A stretch of 59,876 bases of DNA, the filler included, from Porpidia crustulata (taxonomy: Eukaryota), in NCBI GenBank assembly GCA_964255105.1. It is 4 parts of 4 records of this genome, joined end to end, with 100 filler letters (N's around TTAATTAATTAA, not from the genome) between each part and the next. Parts side by side here need not be neighbours in the genome. Positions count along the whole stretch, not along the records: positions 45,026 to 59,876 come from CAXUWE010000354.1; 3 more parts are not named here. One strand, given 5' to 3'. Position numbers and translations under genes: made by a program. Of the stretch, positions 47,324 to 59,876 are shown piece after piece; position 1 is the stretch's first letter, and each line of letters opens with the position of its first letter. Below the pieces are notes generated by a model. The model worked only from the letters and a program-made list of their open reading frames with translations, did no database searches and was not told the origin of the DNA.

Positions 47324-50300
47324 TCATTCACTAGTCTGGACCGACATCACCCCCCTACCAAAGAACTCGCTGATGGTACCAAACTTATCTCGACTCCGTT
47401 GTAGAGCATCTTGGAACATATCATGCCGATCCGCAGAATCTTCCTGAGCCTTTCTGAAAGCTCGTATATTATGGTTGGCCCCCGAGCATTTGGGACACTC
47501 AGCATCTTCACTGTCGACCTGGTTGAGGCAACGTTGATGAAAGGAATGTTTACACAGGAAGTGCACAGTCGGCAGGTCAAGACTACCGCCGCAAGCTGAA
47601 CAACGCCTTGTTTGGAAGACGGCAGGTTTAGACCCTAAGTCTTCCATCTCTTTCCGTTTGGCCTCGGTTTCGACACGATAACTTTCGATCAGTCGACGAT
47701 TCTAGAAAGAGTGAGTAGCTTGATCATATGGCATCGACTACTACGCACGTTTGAAATCTCTTTTCGTTCTCTCTCGATTGTATCGCTGAGGTATTTCTTG
47801 ACCATACCCATAGTAGCCACTGCGTTTGTGCTCAGAGTCTGAACCACCTGTAGTGGCGCCATCAAGCCATCTTCGTCTATTCGCTTCAAGACCGCGTCAA
47901 GTTCATCCCCGGCCTCGCCTAGAATCTTCGGGCTTGAGGTGAAGTATGCTAGTGCAGCTGGGTATAGCTGTGGTTCTTCCGGGCCATACTTCCTCAGGGC
48001 TTTTATGGCACCGACGGTGTCATTGGCAGATGTGTAGGACCGAAATATGTCAAAGCGAAGCCCTTGCTGCTCTCGAACCAATATGGTTCCATCGCGAAAG
48101 TTTGATAAATGTGACAGTAGTAATACGTTGGAAGTGTCGATCGGGATCTGCGAAATGTGAGTCATACTTAAAGGTGACAGTTGATCAGATATTACTCACA
48201 TCTTTATCATCTATTAACCTTTTGGCTTTAGCTTCCCAATCCTCTTTCTCCACTCCTATCTTACTATTAGCGGTCTCCAGATAAATTTCGAATAAAGTCG
48301 TGTAGAGATCAATTTTGTCTGCTTCTGCAATGTTTGCTTGCTCCAGGCAGGCTTCAAGAAATACTATAAATTCATTAGGATGGTCGACGAAAGATGAGAA
48401 TGCCGTTCGTGGTCTCGGTGGGTCGTAAGCTATTGGAGGTTGCCCTGTTTCAACAGCAGCGGGATCTGGTTCCGTCAAACCTGTCTGTTGACTCCCTGGG
48501 ACAACAGAAGGCGGCGCTATTGTAGCTTGTCGGTAAGGTAGAGGGATGAATGAGGCTAGGTTCTGTACGGCATTGACCGCACCACCCTGTACGGCAGGTG
48601 GAGCCAGATTAATAATATCCTTCTTGGGACGATACTGGCCGGTATAATAGTCGATAAATATTCGGGTGGCGTCTACAGAGCAGTGTTCCAGGAGGACTCG
48701 CGCGTACTTCATCAGGTTCGGATATGCCCTGTCAGGCTCAAGACGCCAGATATAGTCCATGGCGTCCTCGTAATTTTTCAAGTCCTCGATCAAAATATCA
48801 ATGACTAGCTCATGCTCTCCATGTTTCTTGGCCAAAAACACGGCCTGATCGTAATAGCTACCCTGTCGACACATACTTATAGCCGTGTCCAAATCGAAGT
48901 TGGTCCCAGATTTGATGAAAGTCTCAAGCTTATCAGTGTTCTTCAGCTTGGCATAGCAATTCAGTAGTAGTGTAGTATGGTCGATAGTAGCCTTATCGTG
49001 TTCATGCAATTCTTCAAGATACTCGATAAGGTTATTGATACGCTGGGAATCGAGGAACTGTTGCAGTCAGCAGTGAATTCAAGAAACCGTGCAGAACCTG
49101 CCTTGCGTATCACTTGTGACGGCTCCGTATTGTCAATTGCCTTGAGATATTGCTGCATGGCTGTGTCGTAGTCGCCCTTCTTGTACAGGTAGTCGCCGTA
49201 TTTGCGTAGAATAACATTTCGCTGAGCAGCGTCAACGCCAGCTTTTTGAGCAAAATTGATGGCCATGACGTAAAGATCGCGCTGATACAAGATCTCGAGC
49301 TTCTGTTGCAAGGATTTCTCCCTATAGCGAAACAGCTACAGAATAAGCATTGATAATTTGTGGCGGGTTCGGAAAAACTCACCTTGCCGCTCAAGGTGAG
49401 TAGGAATAGATCGCCCCATTCAATAAACAAAGCCTTGACTGGGGTGATCAGTGTCTCTGTATGAGCAACGAACTTGAGATCCGTGTCTAAGAGCGCGAAA
49501 GTAGTTGTGTTGAACATTTCGTCTGCTCTTGTCCCACCAAACCTTCGTGTCGTGGAAAATTTCGTTGAAGATGTTGCTTTTGGAGGAGACACAAGAGCAA
49601 TGTAATCACCGAAAACGCTGACAAGCTGCTTTGGACCTTCATATGCATAGGTAGGGCCCCGTCCATTGAGGCCATAAAAGTATATTGCATCGTCCCGCAC
49701 GACGACGATATCGCCTGTAGTTTTATCAACAGTCATACATCCAATACCGCAGCCCGTATCCTCCAAGGATTTTGCTGGTTGGCCCTGACCCCTCCCAGTG
49801 ATAGTCAATGTCAGGATCCGACCGGTCGTGGCTAGGAAAAGCGTAGTGTAAGCGCCTCCTCGAAAAACGACACCTGTGATGGGTTCTTCGGACTCGAAGA
49901 CTGTCCGTTGTTTAGCGCCTCGGTCGTTGATCAAATCTCCTCTAATGACCGTGACTGATCCATTGGCAAAACCAACAGCGAGCTGCGACAAATTCTCCAA
50001 GGCTGCAAATGCAGAGATCTGGAAGAAGTCCCTTGTCAACTCCTAAACCATATCGAATTTGCTCAAAATCTGCCTACAGGGAACTGCTTCCGGCCATTAT
50101 TGATAGCCAAGGCTGACAAGCACTTGGGCGACTCAGTCTTCTTCTCCGTCTTATCAAGAGCCCACACCTTGAGCACCGGCTCATTCAGTAGGTCTTCGGA
50201 TATTGTGACCAGTAATGACGTTCCATCGACCTGTTTCATATGCGCAATCGAGCCGGTCTCGTGTGCCTTGAAGTATCTGATGACCTTGAATGCTTGGGAG

Positions 50301-50571
50301 AGAATCCAGACGTGTCCATCATTGCTACCAAGAAACAAATTGTCTGATCCGGTACAGATGGAACTGAAATCATTGCTCTTGCGATGTTAGCGAATGAAGG
50401 AGCCTTGCGAGACAGGGTATTTGACCGACATCGAATAATGAGGAGTTTTCGCTGCCGTCTGGCGGTTTCACTTCAGAGACGTCAAAGAAGTTGAACGTCT
50501 TCCACTAATGCCATGGTTCAGTCAAAGGGTCAATCGCTGAACCGATAAGCACTCACCGTTGTCAGTGCCAT
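47324..50571 (-). CDS. VPS11: Vacuolar protein sorting 11 (HOPS/CORVET subunit); 7 introns, one GC-AG (49101-49058)
   Basis: MALTT|WKTFNFFD; WD40 region; KYGDYLYKKGDYDTAMQQY..SQVIRK|FLDSQRI; HTTLLLNCYAKLK; C-terminal RING CSAC..LDLPTVHFLCKHSFHQRC..CPKC; ISEFFGRGVM. Confidence 0.97.
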
Positions 50572-53500
50572 GGAGTCGATCGAATAACTCAGGCATCAAT
50601 ATCTAATTGCGTACTTCGATCGCATGAGGTCCATGACATAGGTATGAACAGCTGTAGCTAAGCGAAGAGCTTTCGTGATGAGCTTAGATATCACCTTATC
50701 AGTCACGTGCAGAATCCAGATACTTCAACATCCGTCGAACGCAGTGTTCATATAGAAATTAAAATCTCGCTCACTGCTCCAAGACGCTCTAGTACCTTAC
50801 GCTTCATCATTTATGTTTTGAAGGACATTGAAATGTGTGTATCTATTTCATACTTGGGGTAGAATTGGACAAGATTGCTCGAGTTCAAATGTATTTTTCT
50901 GTCGTCGAATTCCTCTCCATCACTAGATGTACAATGGTTGAGTATTGCTAGCAATAGGAGCACCGCTTGTTAAATATTTATTATACATAAAGCCAACGCG
51001 TCTTGGATCGGGTTCCCTTTCTACCAACCGGTGCTCTCAATATTGCAGACTGCACGCAATGCCTGGAAGTCCAATGCTCCGCGTATCTGCTTGAGGTCGA
51101 CGTAATTAGTAGCTGCTATTAGTCGCCAGACAATAGGATGCTGTTGCAATTATCTCGGCTGCTTAGAATTCTTTTGGTTCGATCTCTTCGGAAAATGTCA
51201 ATTCTGCAAATGCGCCTCTCAGATACAATTATGTTTCAGGGATGTCGTATTTGGTGATGAACGCAGGTAGTTGGTACGTGGTGTCAAGACCATAACAGGA
51301 ATTCGAGACTTAGAAGATCATGGAAGGCCGAGACTAAGCCAGCTATCGTAAAATTAAGCGTCATGAATGCTCAAGGATCTCATGCAAATACGTCAAGGTT
51401 TGAAGCAAAATTTTCAGAACCTAGACTTGGGGTTCTTGTACCTGCTAGCGCTCAGTAGGATAAGCGTTCAGTCTCTTTCCAGACTCCAAACTTGTCCTTC
51501 GACTTTCCTAAATAGGAGTCCGTCCCCTGATACTTTCCCCTCAACCGAGACTGGGTATAGCAGTTACATCGGCACAGTAATTATACAGTTTATCAGCTCA
51601 GTGACACCCACCCAGCTCACGCGGAGGCGCTTCAATGGCTGGAGACTTGACACATGAAATGGCTTTTGTGGCACACTTGTGGCAATTTTATAGGGCTCAC
51701 CATGCGTACTATGCCATTCACGTCACAACGGCGCATATCCGTACCATTTCGAATTAGATACCCCTAACCTGCAGGCTGCGATTCTGGACTTCCATGCGCC
51801 TGCCATGTGGGCGTCTTGGTGTCCAGCCTCGTCGATTCAACGTCTGTGCTGTGTGCCTAGGTAAGTTTTCACTCTTTAGCTGGCATCTGGTATCTACACA
51901 GCTGAAAGTGAACAAAGCAAGTCCAGCCACGCTCGTACGGGGGTATGCGCTTCTGCATTTCCGGTCAAGCCACAAGAAACGGCAAAGCGTGCATCCCTAT
52001 CGTTACGGCTGCAATAATGCCCGAACACTGCGATACACTCAAGCCATAGATGGAAGATTACTCGACCCTATAGGGCCCCTACACTTTGTAAGAGCGCCTT
52101 ACACGTGAGAAAGTGACAGGTACATAACAAAGTTGACATCAACTCAATTTGCTGCATACCGTAGACAGGAATCGCCTCCAGAGGCACGATTGGACATTGG
52201 AATCTGGAATTGACAATTTAGGAACGATTTTCCCAAGATACTTCCGCACGGATGAAGTATTTGCGGGAATCGGATACATTATGAATTATGGACCCTGCTG
52301 ATCGCGAGCGCGAGTGCAGCATAAGATTGACGCGCAGATCCTAATAGTGATCCTAATAGTGTTCTCCACACTCGTAATTGTTATAATAGTGTCGTACACG
52401 TAACATCATAGTTTCCTGCATTGCATTGGGATCGATGACAAGCCGAAATTGGTGATCATGATACGGCGATACCAGACTTCAATCAACAAGATTGACTTGG
52501 CGAATGGAAGACCTGGAGAGAAAAGTAGATAACAACAGGAGTCATAACTGAGCACCACTAGGCATAATTAACCAAGTAGGTAAGCACGTAAGGTTTCCGC
52601 GAGTCTATCTCAACAGTACGATAGTCTAGGTGCAGTCATAGCGCCAGGGCGTCCAATCAAGGCAGGTCACTTGGGGAAGGAAATTACTCGTGTGAGCACA
52701 CGTGAATCTAGCCACTGAGTAGTAGGGTGAGTAGTGGTGTCTAGTGAAATGATTGTTCAATGGGAACGGAGGCACCGTTAGTGAGGGATCCTCAGACCTG
52801 CTCTCTGACTCCACTAGCACCAAGAGGAGCCTAGGTAGTCATTTAGGGGGCTGCAGCCGCGAGAGGCCAGCCTACAATCCGTCGCACAACTGACAGTGTA
52901 TGTAGTACAAGTCCACGCGGACTTCACGCCGCTCAGGGGTACCTTACGTTCAACACCCACTAGTATGCTCTCGAAAGTGATGGCTGACAGAAAAACGAAA
53001 AACGATACAAGATGTGGTACCCCTCCCAGTACCGTAGGAGAAGCAGATATCCGAGGGGTTCAACCAGCGGACGGTTGATTTAAACAATCTTAAGCTTCTT
53101 CCCCACACGGTGCTTCACATGAGGAGGCAGAACTTAGAAAGTTAGAGAAAAGCTACGAGTGGCCGAAAGTCAATAAACTGGATTCGGACGACCTCGGTCC
53201 AGATCGGGGTGAAGGCTGACTGGTCCGACCGAGATCGATCCCCTGCAACCTTTTTGAGTTCTGACATGGTCGATGTTGATTGGATTGATTATTCATCATT
53301 CAACGGGACGGCATTGCGCTAGCGGGCAAGTGCCGTTGCCGATTATAACAAATCACTCGCGCAATCATTATGATCCTCCTCGCTAAAGTGCCTACTATAC
53401 ATAGTACTCGTCTGTGATCTCGGTATTGGTAGCAGCGTGGAGGGGGACGTGGGAAGCCCGACTGTTACACCGTACCGCCACCACCATCAGACAGCTATAT

Positions 53501-54316
53501 CGTACCAGAAGAGAGAAGAGACACCCACCGACATGGACATGGGTGGGCGGGATATGCGATTGGGTCTGCCAGCCCTGAAAAGGCTGAAATCGTCGACGGA
53601 AATAGCCTGCCTGTTAGCCGACGGATAGGCTTGATCTCGACAAGTGAGGAGTAAGGTACCTTAGTATCAGTATGACCCGAGCCTCCCTGCAATGTTGCGA
53701 ATCGTGACAGGGCGACAGGTCTCGAGGTCTTGTACCGTGGTACTGACTCTGACTGCAAAGATGACCACAAATTTCTTGTATCTCGAATCTCGATCGACAT
53801 CGTCTACATCAGCCAGCTCCTAAGACTCACGTAATTTATCACCCTTTCTGGGCTGGCCCTTGCGTCTTCGACCTCCTTAGCCTTGACCGGCCGGTGGCAT
53901 GCTTGCCTAGCCGCCATCGTAGCGGAAGTAGACTCCCTCATACTAAGCTCCACGGATGCCTCGTACGAGTCTCGACTCCGGCCATGTCCCAAGTTAGCTT
54001 CCTGTCTTGAAATGAATGTCCCAATGTGGCTCGAAACTTTTCTTAGACTCAGCTGTTCAGCCCAAATTGGTCTACCCTTTCACTTTCCTTCCTCCTGGAG
54101 CCGGCTAAGCTGGCCCAGCCATGATACTCGCTGGTCTGCATGGACCATGTGTCTGGGTGCTCGATGCTTTCCTCGACGAATATGAATAGGACCTCATTGC
54201 CAACCTTTCATATTCAGTGTCGGCCATTCACTTCGTTCACCCCGCTAGTGTTGTCGTTGTGGAGAGCGTAACATCCTAAACTTGCTAACAAGCAGCGACG
54301 GCGGGATTATTCCACC

Positions 54317-57300
54317 ATGTTTTACCCTCTCTACAAACTCGCCGCTGTTGCGATGGCACTTGGATCGCAAGTGGCTGCCCTAGCATCCACAGACACCTAT
54401 GTCGATGCAGACCCAGGACAGTCGGGCTATCTACCAAACCATAATATGGACCCTGCGGTTGTGGACAGCTCAGCCTTTGGGCAACTTTGGACGGTATCGT
54501 TCAATGCTAAGGAACAGGTGAGCAGCACTGGTGCTGGACTTAGAGCACAGAGCCAACGCTCGAAGTCCGTTGACGGAGACTGACCGGTGGCCTACGTTGT
54601 AGTTCTACGCAAAACCCCTAGTATACACGCCGGCTGGAGGCACTCAAGTTATTTTTCTGGCCTCGTCGCAGAATTGGATCCGTACCTTGAATGCTAAAAC
54701 CGGTGCACCGATCAATGCTCGCCAGGTTCACACACCATTTCTACAATCTGATATCGGATGTACTGACATTCCAAACACAATCGGGATAATTGGGACGCCA
54801 GTCATCGACCCAGCCACTGATACTGCATACTTCTTCTCTAAAACCTATATTCCTAATTACAGAACAGCAGGAAACACCGGAACATACAACGGGGTTTATT
54901 ACTTTCACGGTGTCAATGTCAACACTCTTCAGGACTCGTTTCCGCCGGTCCTCATCGATGGCTCCCAAAGTGACAATGCGCCCGCAAAGTACTTTATCGG
55001 AGGTGTGATTTTGCAACGACCGGTAAGCTCAAAATTCCAAATGGTAAAGACAACCGGACTGACCATCATCAAGTCTCTCATACAGATTGGTTCCGTTGTC
55101 TACGGGGCGTTCGGCGGCCACTGCGATTTGTTCAATTACACCGGAGTCGTCGTTGGGGTCGATGTCAACGCGCAGAAGGTGGTGACTAATTTTGCGGTCG
55201 AATCTGGACCACTGGTGGCCTCAATTAATCCATGGAATGTTAACGGTGGTGGTGGCGAAGGTGGCATCTGGCAGTCAGGCTTCGGTTTATCAACAGACGG
55301 ACAACGTTTGTTCTTCGCTTCAGGGAATGGTCAGGGCCACCAGAACGGTGGAACACCGGCTTCTGGCAGTAGTTTGCTGCAAACGCTCGGCGAGGCTGCA
55401 GTAAGTTGCACTTTCCATGATGGGTTTGTGAGTGACAGCTAATGATAGGGAAAGGTGAGTCTCGGTGTCAGTTCAGGCGGCGTACTGTCGCTCACGGACT
55501 GGTTCCAACCATACGACTACCAGAACCTGGATGGTGGCGATCAAGACTTTGGGTCTGGCGGTGTTGCACTACTCGATCCTACTACTTTCAAGGGGACTGG
55601 CGTGTCCAAGATAGCTGTCACAGCAGGAAAGAACGGTAAAATGTATATCATGAATGCCAACAATCTGGGTGGTTATAAGCTTGGACCAGGCCAAACAGAC
55701 GGCGTTGTTCAAACCATAGTCTTAAACAAAGCCGTCTTCGGGGGTATTGGTTCGTATCCTCTCGAAGGAGGTTTTGTCTACGTTACTCCGGTCGGCTACC
55801 CTACTTACGCCTACAAGCTTGGTTTTGATGGTAACGGGGCACCCATTTTCTCCCTCAATGGCCAGACCGTCGAAACGTCCGCAGGACGTGTTGGTGTTGG
55901 CATTCCCACCGTCACCTCTTTCCAGAACAGGATCGGCACAGGTATCATGTGGATGTGTGATCCTGATGCGGGACTAAGGGCTTGGTACGCTGTGCCTGGA
56001 ACTGACGGCAAGCTGAAAACCATCAACCTACCTCAGGTCAATGGGTTGAACAAATTCCAGCGCCCCGTTTTCGGAGACTCGAGACTGTACGTCACTGACT
56101 CCCAGGGAACGTTATACTGCCTTGGTTCTCCCGTAAATCTACCGCTCAATTGCACATCGCCAGTCAATTTTGGGAGCGTCGCACTGGGATCATCGGCCAC
56201 TCAGACCGTTTCTTGCAAAGCCAATATTGCAATCACTACGATCAACAGTGTGACCGTTGGCGATGCTCACTTTCAAGTCAAGTCTGCTGATCTACCGCAA
56301 GGCGCGATTGCGCAAGGCAGTACGTTCACGTTCCCAGTAACATGGAATTTGAACGGGACTACTGCCTCAAACACAGCAAACGCCTCGTACGGAAATGTCT
56401 CACCCGGAGTCAAATCGACTGCATTGACGCTGACCACGACGAATTCGGTGGCTGGTTATTCGACCAAGTTTCCTATCAGCCTGACGGGAACAGAAGTATC
56501 CAACACAGCGTTTCTGGTCATAGCCCCCACCGCCGTGGATTATGGCGGAGTCGTACTCATCGATAACCAAACGGTGCCTAGTATCTCTCAACCGTATGTC
56601 ATGTCCAACGCTGGACAAAGTCCGCTTACGATTACTGGTTATGCCTACACGACGGACGATCTGACTGGTTCTACTATCAACTACACAAACGTCACATTTC
56701 CTAGCAGTGGCAGTGAAGCTCTCGGCAACGGTTTTAGCTCCAACAACCTTCCTGTAGTTGGTACGCAAATCTCGGCTGGTGGTCAGGTATCAGTGGATTC
56801 GACGTTCCTACCATCGAACGGTGTAGGTGCTTACTCGTCCTACCTTACTACGTGGACAACGGGTGGAACGGTTTCCATCATACTTGAGGGCTCTGCGTCT
56901 ACTACCCCGGTCGCAAATTTCTCGATCAGTACTTCCGAGGGTGGCTGGTTGCCTGACGCCAATCTTATCATGGATTTTGGTAATGTCGCACCGGGATCTA
57001 CGTCGTCACGAAAGATTCGTATTTGCAACAGTGGAGGCTCCGTACTCCAGATATCGAAGAGCAAGCCGCCAAACGGCGTCTTCCGTCCCGAAGATCCTAC
57101 CGCATTACACGAATCCCAGGCCATCGCTGTCAACGATTGCGCCTACGCTACAGTGTTGTTTATCGCAAGTTCGGAAGAACCCAACATTCCTGACATTTTA
57201 TATACCAACACTTGGACTTTGAACACGAACGATCTCTCTTTTGGTGTCCACGACGTTCAGATCAAAGGCACTGTGGTGTCCCAAAAGGTCGGCCCGACAA

Positions 57301-59636
57301 ATTCTACTGGTCAACCAGTATACACATATCTTGGATGCTATCACGAGATCAAACCTGGAGGCCGCCTCCTTCCTGCTCAGCAGTATGCCGACGCCAATAA
57401 CAACAACGGAAGATGTCAGACCAGCTGTTTGGGTGGGAAATATATCTTTTCAGGAACAGAGTACGCCCGTGAGTGTTATTGTGGTAACGCGCCGCCGTCA
57501 TCTATGTACCTGGATACGACTGACTTACAATGCAATTACGCCTGTACCGGTGATGCTTCGCAGGCTTGTGGTGGATCTAACGTTGGTGGCGGGGGCTACA
57601 TCAGCATATACTACGACGCAACTCAATTCACTCCTGGCTCCAACTCTAGTACCACCACTCCCAATCCCGGTGCTCCTGTCACTGTTCAGACAGCTGGGAA
57701 TTACAATTATATTGGTTGTTATTCCGAAGCCACAACCGGTCGAGCACTTGCGGGCAAAAGTCCCGCCACTCCTGCTGCTGGAGGTACCATCGAAAACTGT
57801 CAGACAGCTTGCCAAGGCTACACCTACTTCGGCATGGAATACTCTAATGAATGCTATTGTGGAAACACAATCAATGCTGGGTCAGTTGCTCAAGCGAGCA
57901 GTGACCCTGCTACAAATGGCTGCTCGATGCTCTGTGGAGGTAATAACACGGAATACTGTGGAGGTCCAAATAGGCTGAACATGTATGCATTGAATGCAAC
58001 TCTCCCGGTTTCCACTTCAACGACAACATCGCCCACAGCAGGCCCTACTATGCCAGGTGGAAATCTTTCGATGACATCCACCACATCTTCCACTGCAGTG
58101 CCAACACCCACAGGTCCGGTAACGGTCCAGAACTTCCCAGGCTGGGTTTACCTTGGCTGCTATAGCGAAGCCACGACCGGCAGGGCACTGAGTGGGCTTG
58201 GTAACCCTGCTTCCGCTGTTCCGGTGACAGTGGAGTCATGCTCGGCGGCCTGTTCCAAGTACACCTACTTTGGTGTGGAATACTCTGGAGAGTGTTTCTG
58301 CGGAAACACCATCAACGCAGGCTCAAATCTCGTTGGTGGTACTACTCCAGGTGTGACAGGGTGCAGCATGCTTTGTAAGGGCAACGCCACGGAGTACTGT
58401 GGTGGGTCACTTCGCCTGAATATGTACGAAGCGGCAGCGTTTGTGTCCAGTAGTACCGCTTCATCGAGTACCTCTGCTACAGTGACCTCGACCACGATTG
58501 CTTCGACTACTAGTACTTCTGCTAGCAACTCCACCATCTCGACTACGGGTACGTTGACCGCCAGTAATTCTACCGTCGCAACCTCCGCATCGTCGACTGT
58601 ACTATCGACTCCGACATCACTTACCACCACCACCTCCACCTCGGCTTCAGCAGTCCCAACAACATCCGCGTCCGCCAATTCCACAAGTGCATCCAGCACA
58701 ATCCCCATCACTTCCACCACCTCGACCACCTCCACCTCTACCTCAGCGTCATCAGCCCCAACGACATCTGCGTCCGCCAACTCTACAACCTCATCCAGCA
58801 CGATCCCTACTACCTCCACTACTTCAACAACCTCATCCACGACCTTTATGCCCACCCCTGGCCAGACAACCAATGCCTGGGCTTACCTCGGCTGCGCCAA
58901 TGAAACAAACCCTCGAGCCCTCGCTGGTGCCTCCTTCACAAGTACAACCGGCATGACCATTGAAGCCTGCCAATCCTTCTGCTCTTCCTCAAAGAACAAC
59001 TACGGCCTGGCCGGCCTCGAGTACGCCCAAGAATGCTTCTGCGGCAACGGCCTACAGAATTATGCCGCTGTTGGGCAGACTGGTTGCAATATGCCGTGCA
59101 AGGGTAATTCCTCGGAGATCTGCGGTGGTAACTCTAGGCTCTCGGTTTACAATCTTACGACCTACGTCCCACCGACCATTGTCAAGCAAGCCGGCACCTA
59201 CGTCTTCCAAGGCTGCTACAAGGAAGCCACGACAGGTCGCGCGCTATCAGGTACTTCCTACACCAACGCAACTGACATGACCGTCGAGTCCTGCGTCAAC
59301 TACTGCAAATCCGCCGGCGCTAATTACGCCGGCCTCGAGTACTCCAAGGAATGTTTCTGCGGCTCCAGCCTCGCGTCCACCAGCGTCCCCGCGGCCAGCA
59401 ACAGCAGCTGCAACATGCTCTGCTCCGGCAATAACAAAGAGTTTTGCGGCGCCGCGTCGCTCCTGAGCATCTACCTCAACACGCCCGGCAGCGTCAGCCC
59501 GGCCGGCACGCCGGCGAGTATGAATGTGGCGAACCCGGCCACGGTGAGTGCGAACGCAACGAAGCCTGCCGCGAGGCGGATGAGGCGCTCGAAGCAGGTG
59601 AAGCGGCGGTCTTCTTGGTTTGGGTTCGGTCGGTAG
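54317..59636 (+). CDS. Large secreted protein: PQQ-type beta-propeller-like N-terminus, Ig-like/ASH-like modules, five WSC domains, S/T linker; 3 introns
   Basis: Signal peptide MFYPLYKLAAVAMALGSQVAALA; GIIGTPVIDP, GGIWQSG, DQDFGSGG; repeats VNFGSV, VDYGGV, MDFGNV; five GC...G.EY..EC[YF]CG..C...C.G....CGG modules. Introns 54518-54602, 55023-55073, 55401-~55448. Confidence 0.92.
58632..58836 (+). repeat. 102-bp (34-aa) tandem duplication in the S/T linker of the WSC protein
   Basis: CCCAACAACATCCGCGTCCGCCAA at 58655 recurs as CCCAACGACATCTGCGTCCGCCAA at 58757 (PTTSASANST..SSTIP.TSTTSTTS twice). Confidence 0.8.
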
Positions 59637-59876
59637 ATTAGAGTTGAGGTTGATGGCTTGATGAATGTTTATTTAATTGTTAATCCAAACTTTTTTTATA
59701 TCCAGAGTGCGAGGGCGGGGGAATTGGATAGCGAAACGCGTCTTGCCAGCATTAGCATATACATCTAAAACGAACGAACCATAGAATTATCATGTCTGAT
59801 AGTCTAATTTAATGTTAAAGAAAATGTCAATATCCAACTTTCCTCCCTCGCAAACCGCGTCTTCGCCCTTGTCCAT

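Noticed and set aside
50572..54316. Short ORFs in the 3.7-kb VPS11/WSC divergent intergenic region
   Set aside because: None longer than about 105 aa, and no recognisable domain, RNA boxes or repeat termini.

Overview
Intron-rich genomic DNA from a filamentous ascomycete (Pezizomycotina). The window is not one locus: it is four pieces of about 14.9 kb (1-14923, 15024-29928, 30029-44925, 45026-59876) joined by artificial N44-TTAATTAATTAA-N44 linkers. Piece 1: a minus-strand non-coding host gene with four intronic box C/D snoRNAs; CK2 beta (ckb2), whose 1.26-kb first intron hides a same-strand ORF of about 300 codons that can splice in frame to exon 2; a C2H2 transcription factor; TMA20; RIC1. 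Piece 2: a DHN-melanin-type non-reducing PKS (SAT-KS-AT-PT-ACP-ACP-TE), a GUP1-like MBOAT and a truncated secreted protein. Piece 3: a UPF0662/CUB1-like gene, RPP1, a PQ-loop transporter, a Mid2-like membrane protein, a 110-bp TA-flanked MITE, a hypothetical gene, PEX19, UBC9 and transposon relics. Piece 4: a truncated CUE/AT-hook protein, VPS11 and a large secreted beta-propeller/Ig-like/5xWSC protein. The strongest hidden signals are the four-snoRNA cluster, the nested or alternative coding exon in ckb2, an apparent excess of GC-AG introns (4 of about 52) and the MITE. Family assignments and rRNA target positions are from recalled knowledge; no searches were run.
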